Below, piece by piece: positions 28,723 through 39,617 of a stretch of 64,000 nucleotides of DNA. Position 1 is the stretch's first letter, and every line of letters starts with the position of its first letter. The notes below the pieces were generated by a model, which did no database searches, had not been told where the DNA came from, and was given only the letters and a program-made list of their open reading frames with translations. Source of the DNA: Octopus bimaculoides (taxonomy: Eukaryota); NCBI RefSeq assembly GCF_001194135.2, contig NC_069004.1, positions 23,058,824-23,122,823 of the forward strand. Direction: 5' to 3'. The translations under genes and the position numbers were made by a program.

Positions 28723-29761
28723 CTAAGAATGAACAGAAACAAAACTTAATTACTGTATTAATTAACTGACACAATGATGATAACTTTTGGATAATTATTA
28801 CTGTAAGTAATAATTTCTTGTTCTATAGAGAAATATAAGACCCCACTAAATAAGGTATTGGACTACCTAAATTTTGAGTTAAAATCTGGTGTATGATTCT
28901 CTGGTTGAAGACCATACTACACATCCTGACAAACAGTAGCGAAAGGTTTGAGAGAGATTTGGCTTGTATGTTTACCAAATTGAGTAACTGTATAGAACAG
29001 GCACGGACAACCTTTTTCAAGAAGTTGGCTGCATGAGACATGGTTCTTTTCATCAAACAAGCTGCACTACTATGAAAATTCAAGGTAATTTTTCATTTAA
29101 GCATTCCATTCAGAAAGTCTCACAGGCAACAGGTTGTCCATGATTGGTATAGAGGCTTTCTCATTGATCTAGCTGACATTTTGTTGTTTCTTGGAAAAAA
29201 AATGTTATTCTGCATTGCCTATATCCACTTTGCGCTTGAGTATAGTTACCAGATCAGATAATATGGGAGAAAGATAATATCAGATAAAGTAACTAGACTG
29301 GAGAGCATAACTTTTTTTTTATCTGCTTACTGCTTTGAAATTTGAGCAAAGGTAAGTCCTTAGGAAGGGCAATGCTTATTGTCATTACTCAAGACCTCCA
29401 AAAACTGGAGGGAAAAAGTTATCCTTAGATTGGAGACCTTTTTTTGACTTCTTGAAACAGAGTGGACTTCATTAAAGGTAGCAAAGGGTCAGGTTAAGGT
29501 GTTAAACTATACAACTCAAGGGCCTAGATGGTCTCTCTTTCTGATGGTTTTCTGGCCCAAAATGCCGCCCGTGGGACTAAATCCAAAACAGCAAAGTTAG
29601 AAGGTCAACATCACAAAGCCATGTTCTTTAGTGTCTTAAGAAGCATATAGATTACCAATAAATATATATTTTATAATATATCATAGTTTTATGATAACAG
29701 TTGAGGTATCGTTTTAATTTCTGGCATTCCAGTACAAGAAAGTAATTAAGATAAAACTAAC

Positions 29762-29840
29762 CATTGTTTGTTGTATTTGGAATATTCAGTTCCATGAATG
29801 AAATAGCTGGAGATGATCCTTGGCTTTCTAATTCAGGTAA
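29762..29840 (-). CDS. Second coding exon of gene A
   Basis: Acceptor tctattttgcag| and donor G|gttagt; 79 bp, phase 0 in and phase 1 out; encodes LPELESQGSSPAISFMELNIPNTTNN. Confidence 0.6.
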
Positions 29841-31239
29841 CTGCAAAATAGATTTATACTCCTTTTTTATTTTTGCTGATCAACATACTTTGTGTAATCA
29901 TATATCCCCCCCACGCACACACATACATCCTCCTCCTCTTCATCATCATCGTCTTTTGTCCTATGTTAGCATGGTGTGGACAATGGTCACAGTTGGAAGC
30001 AGCACATATTTAGTGATACTAACTTAGGTCAGGGAACCTCATCTCCCTTGTATTTCATTTAACTTGCTTTCTACAGCTGGTCACCCTTCCTAACACTAGC
30101 CACTTTACAAAATGTACTGGGTACTGTTTTTTCATAGTACCACCACTATAGAAGTGTAATATCCTTGGCAAGACCAAAGAGTCCTCTCAACTTTGCATCA
30201 GACAGGCTGTACTGAGTGCATTTTCATGACACAAGCACAGGAAAGGTGGTTGTGAGCTCAACCACAACAAAAGGGAGCTCACAATTCTATGTCTCTCCTC
30301 ACTTATCTGCTTCTTTACAAAGTGAGAAGCATTAATGAAAACGATGAGATTAATGTATGACAAGAGGAGTGATCAGTGTACTCAGTATTTTGAGATAGGC
30401 AGAGGTGTGGCTGTGTAGCAAAAAGTTTGCTTCTCAACAACATTGTTCCGGGTTCAGTCCCACTGCATAGCACTTTGGGCAAATGTCTTCTACTATAGCT
30501 TCAGGCCGATCAAAGCCATGTGAATGGATTTGGTAGATGGAAACTGAAAGAAGCCTGTCATGTATATATAAATGTGTGTGTATATGTCTTTGTGTCTGTT
30601 TGTCTCCCACCACTGCTTGACAACTGGTGTTGGTGTGTTTATGTCCTCATAACCATGCCTAAACCTAATAAGGACTTCTTACTCTTACAGAGCACAAGGC
30701 ATTCTCAGTAGTACTGTTACCATGATAAAGTGCCTTCAGTACACTCTGTCAAGTGGTTAGTCAAGGATTAGAAATAACATAGATGGAGAGAACTTTTTAG
30801 TCTTAAGATTACAACCTTTTTAGTGTTGGCGCCTTGATAAAAAGCACCTTCTATACTCTGTAAAGTGGTTGATGTTAGGAAGAACATCCAACCATTGAAA
30901 GACTGCCAAATATGGAATGTTCTGAGCAAGATATGGTGCTCCAGCCCAGTTAAGAGGGCAGGGACCTCCATGTAAGAACTGATTTAGATTGTAACATGTC
31001 CAATGCATACTAGCATGAAAAGTGAACATAAAAATTATTATGCATGCATGCATACATACATACATACATGCATACATACATACATAGTGTAGGTAGTAAG
31101 GGTAAATCCCAACTGTTTGGGATTTACATCTGTTTATTCCATCATTACGATATATTTAGTAGTCTCAGTTGTTGCTGTATGTTAGTTCAAAATATATACC
31201 AAAATTGAGAATTATGGAAATATTTGTAGTGAAACTACC

Positions 31240-31510
31240 TACCGCCATTAGATACAATACTACTATCGCCATTCTTCTCATTTAAATATAAATTAACGCG
31301 AACGTAGGGGAAAACACCAGCCTTGTCATCACGTGACTGATTATTATTTGAAGCGGCAAATTCTTCGAACCTTTCCCGCCAGAATGCAAACTGACCAATC
31401 ACAGCCCTTAATAAGGTCACGTGATAGAGTATATTTCTGATATCAGGTGAGCCAATAATTCGCTATAAATAGATCAACTCATACCCAACAAATTGGTCTC
31501 GGTTCAGTTT
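31240..31510. promoter_or_regulatory. Bidirectional promoter between genes A (-) and C (+)
   Basis: Local CpG enrichment in an otherwise CpG-poor window. E-boxes TCACGTGA at 31329-31336 and 31417-31424; E2F-like TTTCCCGC at 31372-31379 and GCGGCAAA at 31353-31360; CCAAT at 31395 and 31452; TATAAATA at 31464-31471; YY1-like CGCCAT overlapping the - strand ATGs. Confidence 0.7.
31243..31272 (-). CDS. First coding exon of gene A (MAIVVLYLMA, or just MA from the ATG at 31248)
   Basis: Two ATGGCG starts followed directly by donor |gtaggt at 31242, at the edge of the CpG-rich promoter; phase 0. Confidence 0.5.
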
Positions 31511-31594
31511 CTCTTAGAGACTGTTCCGTGTACCACACGACAGAAGCAGCAACAATCAGCCAGCGACCACTTCAACAGCTTTGTCCAGCCAACG

Positions 31595-32133
31595 ATGACC
31601 ACCGCCGTCGCCACANNNNNNNNNNNNNNNNNNNNNNNNNNNNNNNNNNNNNNNNNNNNNNNNNNNNNNNNNNNNNNNNNNNNNNNNNNNNNNNNNNNNN
31701 NNNNNNNNNNNNNNNNNNNNNNNNNNNNNNNNNNNNNNNNNNNNNNNNNNNNNNNNNNNNNNNNNNNNNNNNNNNNNNNNNNNNNNNNNNNNNNNNNNNN
31801 NNNNNNNNNNNNNNNNNNNNNNNNNNNNNNNNNNNNNNNNNNNNNNNNNNNNNNNNNNNNNNNNNNNNNNNNNNNNNNNNNNNNNNNNNNNNNNNNNNNN
31901 NNNNNNNNNNNNNNNNNNNNNNNNNNNNNNNNNNNNNNNNNNNNNNNNNNNNNNNNNNNNNNNNNNNNNNNNNNNNNNNNNNNNNNNNNNNNNNNNNNNN
32001 NNNNNNNNNNNNNNNNNNNNNNNNNNNNNNNNNNNNNNNNNNNNNNNNNNNNNNNNNNNNNNNNNNNNNNNNNNNNNNNNNNNNNNNNNNNNNNNNNNNN
32101 NNNNNNNNNNNNNNNNNNNNNNNNNNNNNNNNN
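31595..32133 (+). CDS. Gene C: start MTTAVAT..., remainder hidden in a 518-N gap; identity unknown
   Basis: ATG with A at -3 (aacgATGa), about 130 bp downstream of the TATA box, with GC-rich codons ACC ACC GCC GTC GCC ACA. Post-gap sequence looks like 3'UTR, with AATAAA at about 32288 and 32420. The end coordinate is a placeholder (end of gap). Confidence 0.4.
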
Positions 32134-33059
32134 ACGTGTTATTGACTCTCTTTCTCTCTGCTGTAATAACATACACACACATGTATCACTCACATACACA
32201 CTTTTCTTTGTACGACGGCCTGTCTTTGATTATGTTCTTATATGTCGCATTCACACTCTCACACAGACATACATCTTTAACGCCATAATAAATATCTCTG
32301 TTATTCATCTAATACGGTTGTGGTCTTTCATTACTGGTCATCTATGTTATCGTCGTATAACATATCATGTATATCATCTTCGATAAATATATTTTGTGTT
32401 CGACCGTGTGACGCGTTTAAATAAAAGGAGTCCTCTGTTTTTCCATTCGTCACCATTTCTCCTTTTCTGAGTTCGCACGGTCGTTCCCTTACATATTGTT
32501 TGCAGAGTTATTGTATAACAAAACAGGAAATTTCTTGATATTATTTATTCTTCATTACACATGTTTCATTTGCTAATAGGAAATTACAAAGTTTTACATG
32601 TTAGATAGACATGTAAGGAATTTCCGATTAGAAATTCTTCAGACAGAAAAATTAAATTAAACGTAGGAAATCTGTTATATGCCTATCTAACATATAAAAC
32701 TTTGTAATTCCTATCAGGAAATGAAACATGTGTAATGGTGAATAAATAATACCAAAAACTTTCCAATTTCCTATTTTGTTATGTGGGGGTGGGTACAGGT
32801 ATGTATAAGTAGTAAAACTATTGAAATACAATTAGACAAACAGCTTACCTGATCAAAACATGTGTCATTTTCCTCATTGATCAAATAATTAAACCTTCTT
32901 TTCTTTGATCTTCAACAGAAAAAGGAAAGAAACATTAAAATACATTTAATATATCTTTTTCTTCCTTGTTATTTAGTAGCTAATTAATTTCAAGTGGCAA
33001 ATGGCAAGAATTACAAATGATGCACCCATCAAGTTGAGTGCTCAGAGTGAGAGGTTTAA

Positions 33060-33602
33060 CCCTTTCGTAATTAAACTGGCTGTATCTGGCCCAAATATTC
33101 TGATTTATATTTAAACCATCCATATTTGGCCCTTCACAATTACCTTACTATTCTAAAGAGAAACAATCAGATCATCAGAATCTCAAACCTACAAGACAGT
33201 GCATGATCAATTCAAAACAATATGAATAAATAAGCAATACATTTGGTAGGGTAATTTACCTTATACTTGTTTCAGTCATTAGACTGTGGCCATGCTGGGG
33301 CATTACATTGAAGAACTTTTAGTCAAATAAATTGACTCCAATACTTCTGATTTTTTTGATTTGTTTTAAAGCCTGGTCCTCAATCTATTGGCCTCTTTTG
33401 CTGAACCACTAAATTATGGGGATGTAAATACACCACCACCAGTTGTGAAGCAGTGATTAGGGACAAACACACACATACACACACACATACAACAGGCTTC
33501 TTTCAGTTTCTGTTTACCAAATCCATTCACAAGGCTTTGGTTGGCTTGAGGCTATGGCAGAACTGGCTCTGAACCATATATATATATGTGTGTGTTTGGG
33601 TA

Positions 33603-33645
<43 letters not shown>

Positions 33646-33650
33646 GTGTG

Positions 33651-33683
<33 letters not shown>

Positions 33684-33924
33684 ATACATACACACACATG
33701 CACATACATACATACATATATATATTATATGTACACACACACACTTTGGGCTGGCTTCTTTCAATTTCTATTTACCAAATCCACTCCAAGGATTTGGTCA
33801 GCCCAAGGTTATATAGAAGGCACTTTGCCCAAGATATCATGCAGTAACACTGGACCTGGAACCATGTGATTGGGAGCAAGCTTCTTACCACACAACCACG
33901 TCTGTGCCTTGAATGCTAAAAGGG
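33060..33924. mobile_element. piggyBac-like MITE with nested SINEs
   Basis: TTAA|CCCTTT...AAAGGG|TTAA; a related internal sequence occurs at about 26930-27070. Confidence 0.55.
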
Positions 33925-34955
33925 TTAAATCATCTCACATACACTGTTAATGTCCTTGAAAAAAAAAAAACAGTTTTAGAAATCATACAATCTCCTCCTT
34001 TCTTCAGTAAGAAACTTTTTTTCAATCCCAGCAGTAAGCATAGGGATAGGCATGGTTCCAGGTTCAATCCCACTGAGTGGTACACTGATCAAATGTCACC
34101 TACTATAACCTCATGATGACCAATGACTTGTGGGTGGTCATGTGGATGCCAATCATGTGTGTATGTGTATCTTCACATCATCATTATCAGCAACGTCTGC
34201 TTTAGTATGCTGGGATGGGTTGGAAGGATTTCCTGAGACACGGTTTTACAACCAGATGTCATTCCTGTTGTGAACCATTTGAAATTATATCTTATGAGAG
34301 GCAAGGTTGTCATAAGATGTATTTAAATACAGGCATACCTCAGCTTAAGTCGTTTTGATTTAAGTCATTGTCAATTATACATCGGTTTTCAAAAATAATA
34401 TATAGAAAAATAAAAATCAAGTTAAGTCATTTTACTTGACTTTACATCTGTCCGCCACAAATATTGGAATTGTAAAATCACTACAGAACTGTTAAAAGCA
34501 CATAACATCATGTTACAGTACAATGAATAAGAATAAAGGCATATAAAATCATATGTATAGTAAATGTTAAGATACACACCATAAAGTAGTGTAGCTTAGT
34601 GAAGGAAATCATGAAATCAGCTGTGTTGTCTTCTTTATCAGTCTTTCAGAACTCATGTTGCACTGTAGTTCCAATATCTACCGTTAGGCATCGTTATCAC
34701 CCATGATTCCCACACTGGTTTTGAATTCAGATTTGTTTATGTCTGTTTAATGGCTACTTTCTCATTCTCATTCATTTGTAACTTTATTTTTTGCCCCCAT
34801 GGCTCCTTAGAGAATTCATAGTGAAAGTGCTAAGCATCATGCTATATTACTGAAAGCAAAGAACTGGGAATGGTTACAGTTCTATATTTAAGAGATGAGG
34901 AATTATGTACATTATTTACATTTGACAGATATTTGTCCTTGTCTTGTTTGTTGTT

Positions 34956-35001
34956 AATACAACATTTCGGTTGATATACCCTTCAGGCTTCATCAGGTTT
35001 C
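34956..35001 (-). ncRNA. Degenerate minimal hammerhead ribozyme motif, left arm
   Basis: Minus strand GAAAC-CTGATGA-A-GCCTG-aagggtatat-CAACC-GAAAT-GTT-GTATT. Core boxes are intact; stem II is mismatched. Confidence 0.5.
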
Positions 35002-35220
35002 TTGGGGAAATTTCGAACCTGGGTTCTCATTCCTAAGGTATTTTTGTTGTTGTTGTTGTTGTTGTTATTATTCAGGTAACTATTTGGAATCGAACTCGGA
35101 ACCTTGGGGTTAGTAGCCTGCACTCTTAACCACTACGCCATATGCATGTGGGCATATGGGGTAGTGGTTAAGAGTGCAGGCTACTAACCCCAAGGTTCTG
35201 AGTTCGATTCCAAGTAGTTA

Positions 35221-35288
<68 letters not shown>

Positions 35289-35335
35289 TCGAAAAATACC
35301 TTAGGAATAAGAACCCAGGTTCGAAATTTCCCCAA

Positions 35336-35378
35336 GACACATGATGAAGGCTGGAGGGTATATCAGCTGAAACGTGTT
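35336..35378 (+). ncRNA. Degenerate minimal (type I) hammerhead ribozyme motif, right arm
   Basis: GACAC-ATGATGA-A-GGCTG-gagggtatat-CAGCT-GAAAC-GTGTT. The core matches CUGANGA...GAAA except C3>A; stem II is intact with one G-U pair. Confidence 0.55.
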
Positions 35379-37071
35379 AACAACAAACAAGATGAGGACA
35401 AATATCTGTCAAATTTAAATAATGTAAATAATGGGAATGGTTATTATCCGTTTAGCCTAGAGACAAGTAAATTCGGCCTAGTCTAGCTAGCCTAGAGAGA
35501 AGTTAATTCGACTTAAGTCGTTTTTCGACTTACGTCGTGTCTCCTGGAACCAATTAACGACATAGGGTGAGGTGTGCCTGTATGTGCACACACATTATAT
35601 ATGCGTTTGTTGGTGTTTCTAAGCTGGATAAATCAGTCTACTGAGTTGCGTCCCCTTACATAAAAAAACTCACAAGCATATTGGTTTCAAATTTTTGCGC
35701 AAGGCCTGCAATTTTGGAGGAAGGTTGCAAGTCGATTATGCTGACCCCTAAAAGGATGAAGAGATTTGAACTTAGAACATGAAAACAGACAAAATGCTGC
35801 TATGTATTTTGCCCAGTGTGTTAATGATTCTGCTTGCTCACAGCCTTAAGACTCCTGAACTTATTAGATGCATGGGGAAAAAACAGTTGGTGTGTCTGTG
35901 TGGCAAGAAGCTTGCTTCCCAACCACATGGTTCCAGGTTCAGTTCCACTGCATGGCATCTTGGCCAAGTGTCTTCTGCTAGAGTCTCAAGCTAACCAAAG
36001 CCTTGAAAGTGATGTCCTCAGAAAGGCTACAGTCCGATGACTGAAACCAGTAAAATAGTAGTGTAGGTGGCCAAAACAGCATAACAAATTGTTATCAGTT
36101 TGTTGTCTCAAAGTTCTTGGTTCAAATCATACAGAGATCAACTTTTATCACACATCATTAACATTTAGCATTTAATGTCTGTTTTCCAAGCTGGCATGGT
36201 TTCGATAGCTTGATAGGAACTGGCAAGGCCAAGGGTTGCACCAGGTTCTATAGTCTGTTTTGGCTTGGTTTCTACATTTGGATGCCCTTACACAGTGTAC
36301 TGGGTGCTTTTTACATGGCACAGTCACCAGTGTATTTTATGTGGCATCAGCACCCACACCAATTTTTTGTGTAGCACTTTGGTTTCAGGATCCCAATTCT
36401 GTTTTCTCAAGTACAGTAATACACCACATATCTCAGTCCTCTGTCATCTCATATTTTGCATTCATATTCTAAGGTTGATCTCATTGTTTATAATGAAATA
36501 GGCATCTTGGTTTGAGACAAACTTTAATGTCTATATGATATCTTGCCAGTTTTTTAATGCAGCTTTGTACATTGTATTATTTCTCAAACTTATCTAAACA
36601 ACTGAGGGAATCCTCCAATAATAGACCATCCAACAACAGACTGTTGAAACAGTCTGAACTGATAGTTTCATAGTCACAGTCCATTCCACATCACGTCTCT
36701 ATTTCACTTCAGTAATAACAAAGATGATTTCTAACACAGGCACAGAAATTTAAGAGAGACTTAAATCAAAGTAAATTGACTCCAGTGCATGACTGGTATT
36801 TTCTTTTCCAACTGGGATAACAATGCATTTCCCCTACAGCAAAACACCTGCTCCTGTCCCTTTATCATGCTTTAACTTCTCACCACCTGGCATAAAGTCA
36901 TCTTTCTCACTACGACTCCCTTCTCAGTTGTTTACATTAAAGAGGGCATCCAACTGTAGGAACCATACCAAAGCAGATGTTGAAGCTTGATGCAGTCCTC
37001 TGGCTCACCAGCTCCTGTCAAACCCTTGCTAGCATGGAAAACAGGCGTTGGATGATGATGATCCTCAAGAA

Positions 37072-37391
37072 CAGTGTTTCTCAACCAGGGTCCATATAAG
37101 ATTTTTTCTGGTTCACACAAGTAAAACAGTAAATTAGAGATCCATAGTAGTATTTTAAAGATGCATGAAAAAAAATTTGCTTTAAATGTATTTATTACAA
37201 GAAAGAGTTAGGTTTCCTTCTCTAACATTTTATATAGCTAAGCCTACACAAGTTAATGTGTGAAAAAGAATAGGTATTTTGAAAGACATATCTATAAAAC
37301 TAGTTTTAAACATCAAAATGGCTATGGGGGTTCATGAAAGTAAAACAATAATCAAAGGGGTTCATAGGTAAAAGATGGTTAAGAAATACTG
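37072..37391. mobile_element. hAT-like MITE
   Basis: TIRs CAGTGTTTCTCAACC and GGTTAAGAAATACTG; degenerate 8-bp flanks ctcaagaa/ccctagaa. Confidence 0.65.
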
Positions 37392-37552
37392 CCCTAGAAT
37401 GATAAAAGGCACAGTCAGTCTCTGTGTGATTTGAACTTAGAATATAAAGAGTCAGATGAAATGTAGCAAGGTACTTTGTTCGATGTTCTTTCAAGTCTGA
37501 TAATCTACCAACATGATAATAATTGTTTTAAACCCAGGAGGGAAACAGTCAG

Positions 37553-37631
37553 TTAATCTTTAGCACGCTGAATGTAAATCATGTTGCTGTACAAGTTTTC
37601 TTCCCTGTTGTTGAAGGTGCATTGTAAAGCA
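37553..37631 (-). CDS. Possible terminal exon of gene B
   Basis: Strong acceptor gttttctcccctctcag|. Phase 2 in matches the GTAAGT donor at 38021; encodes IALQCTFNNREENLYSNMIYIQRAKD-stop. Confidence 0.45.
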
Positions 37632-38017
37632 CTGAGAGGGGAGAAAACTCATACACCATGCTAAAGGTTAAATCGACTCCAGTATTTTACTGGTGTTTTA
37701 TATTTTGTTGATTGGTGTTAAGAAGGGCAACCAGCTGTAGAAACCATGCCACAACAGACAGTTGGAGTCCGGCAGCTCCCTGCTAACCAGCTCCATGTCA
37801 AACTGTCCAACCCATGCCAGCATAGGGAGCAGATGTTAAACAATGATGATGATGATTACCCTAGAAGAATGAAACACAAAATTGGCCTTGGTAGGATTTG
37901 AACTCAGTTAACTAAAGTGATCCCAGTACTTATCTAGAACTTTATTTTATTGCCACCACCCCATCCACCCGCCCAATAAAACAAAGCATTAGTTTATGAT
38001 TATCGTTAAGTATTTAC

Positions 38018-38813
38018 TTACATCCTGTTCTTAAAGTTGTATTCTGGAGTATTAAAATATTCATTTTCATTTTCTTGATTAGGCATTCTATTAATGACTT
38101 TTGACTGTTTGCCAAACTTCCAAACAGGATTCAGATATGAAGTATTTGAAGTTTGAAAAGTTTGGAAATTCTTCAAATTTGGTTGAGAACATTCTTGCAA
38201 TTTTTTAGTTGTTTCCAACTGAGAATTTTTCAAGTCAACCACTTGCGAAAGATTTGATGTCTGAGCTTGTGTATTATAGTTGTTAGACATGATCCTTTGA
38301 GACCTTCTTAACTGACCGGGATTATAAGGAATCACATTCAAAGAATTATTACTATTTACATTGTTGTTTTGTATATCAAAAAATCGATTATCATTGTCAA
38401 TATGCTTCTTGTTAACAGCATTATAAGGCTTGATGTTGAAGTCTCTTTCACAGGGTACTACAGAAATGAATTTCTGATTTTCACTGGTCATGTTTTGAGA
38501 TAGAATATCCATTTTCTGTTTTATGTGATAAAGTTCATTTGATATTTTTTGAAATGAGACATGTTGTATTTCACACATGCTATTGATTTTTTCTTGCAAA
38601 TCTTGGTAACTATTCTTTATGTTCTGACTGATAAGATTTTCAATATTTTCCTCTTGGTAATGCTCGTTACTTTCAAACTGCTTTTGTATACTGTCCTCAA
38701 AGTTTTTAGAACAATTCTTCAGTATTTGCTCAAACCTTAAGGAGACACTTTTGCTGAAGTTTAACAATGTGTTAGCAGAATGATGTAGCACATCATCTGT
38801 TGAAGATAATATT
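38018..38813 (-). CDS. Gene B large coding exon (coiled coil followed by an N/Q/S-rich tail)
   Basis: Acceptor tttttttttag|, phase 2 in as required by the previous exon. 265 open codons, the longest gap-free ORF in the window (38018..38926). Ends either at TAA 38018-38020 or splices at AT|gtaagt (38021). Confidence 0.85.
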
Positions 38814-39453
38814 CTAAAAAAAAAAATTAAAAAAAGGATAAAGAAAGCAAAACAATCAAGGTTAATTATTATTATTATTATTAGAAAGTTGATGAAGAGC
38901 TCACAGTGACGAAAGAGTTTAGACAAAGCACACTAAAACAATCAAGGTTTGTGTAAATGAAAGAATACAAGAAAAGAAATACTCAGAAAAGAAACATGTA
39001 AATAGAAATGGTTATGGTTGAGCTTCATTCTAATGAATGGTTTCAAATTTTGGCACAAGGCCAGCAATTTTAGGGATGGAGCATGAGTTGATTACTGGTG
39101 TTCAACTGGTACTTATTTTATTGATCCCCAAAATGATGAAAGGCAAAGTTGATCTTGGTGGAAGTTGAACTCAATGTAGAGGAACCAAAAGAAATGCCAT
39201 TAAGCATTTTCTCCAACATGCTAACAATTCTGCCAGCTTGACATTTATTAAAGTGATAATCAATCAATGCATCTCTAATGAGACCGAAGGAAGATTGATA
39301 TTTCACATCTTATCTTCCCAACCACATGGTCCCAGGTTCAGTCTCACTGTGTGGCATCTTGGTCTTCTAGTATAGCCTCGGGCTGACCAAAACCTTGTGA
39401 GTGGATTTGGTAGATGGAAACTAAAAGCCCATTGTATATGAATCAAGATGTGT

Positions 39454-39488
<35 letters not shown>

Positions 39489-39617
39489 CGCATGTGTCTT
39501 TGCATCTGTATTTGGACCCCGTTACAGCTTGGCAACCATTATTGGTGTTTACAGTCCCTGTAACTTAACAGTTTGGCAAAAGAGACTGATAGAATAAATA
39601 CCAGGCTTAAAAAAGAA

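Larger units (their letters stand above)
34877..35431. mobile_element. Palindromic non-autonomous element: two head-to-head tRNA-derived SINE-like arms, each with a hammerhead-like tail
   Basis: Arms at about 34900-35145 and 35152-35431 are reverse complements around a 6-nt spacer. A box TGG(C/G)GTAGTGG and B box GTTCGATTCC are present in both arms, with internal (TAA)n/(TTG)n tracts. Direct repeat TGGGAATGGTTA at 34865-34876 and 35432-35443. Confidence 0.85.
34330..35580. mobile_element. pogo/Tigger-like non-autonomous DNA transposon hosting the palindromic element
   Basis: 23-bp TIRs CAGGCATACCTCAGCTTAAGTCG and CGACATAGGGTGAGGTGTGCCTG (4 mismatches), with TA on both flanks. Confidence 0.7.

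Noticed and set aside
29110-29270. Resemblance to the DOCK SH3 motif (WYRGF...YIHF)
   Set aside because: Spacing and flanking residues do not match, and the frame has stops.
32919-33046. Plus-strand exon with ATG (MARITNDAPIKLSAQ)
   Set aside because: Plausible splice sites but no downstream partner exon was found, and a piggyBac-like MITE follows immediately.
35152-35225. tRNA gene
   Set aside because: A/B boxes are present but there is no convincing acceptor stem, and it is part of a repeated palindromic element; treated as a SINE head.
36560-36690. Acidic minus-strand frame (SDCFNSLLLDGLLLEDSLSCLDKFEK) as a further gene B exon
   Set aside because: The only compatible acceptor lacks a pyrimidine tract, and the frame is short enough to occur by chance.
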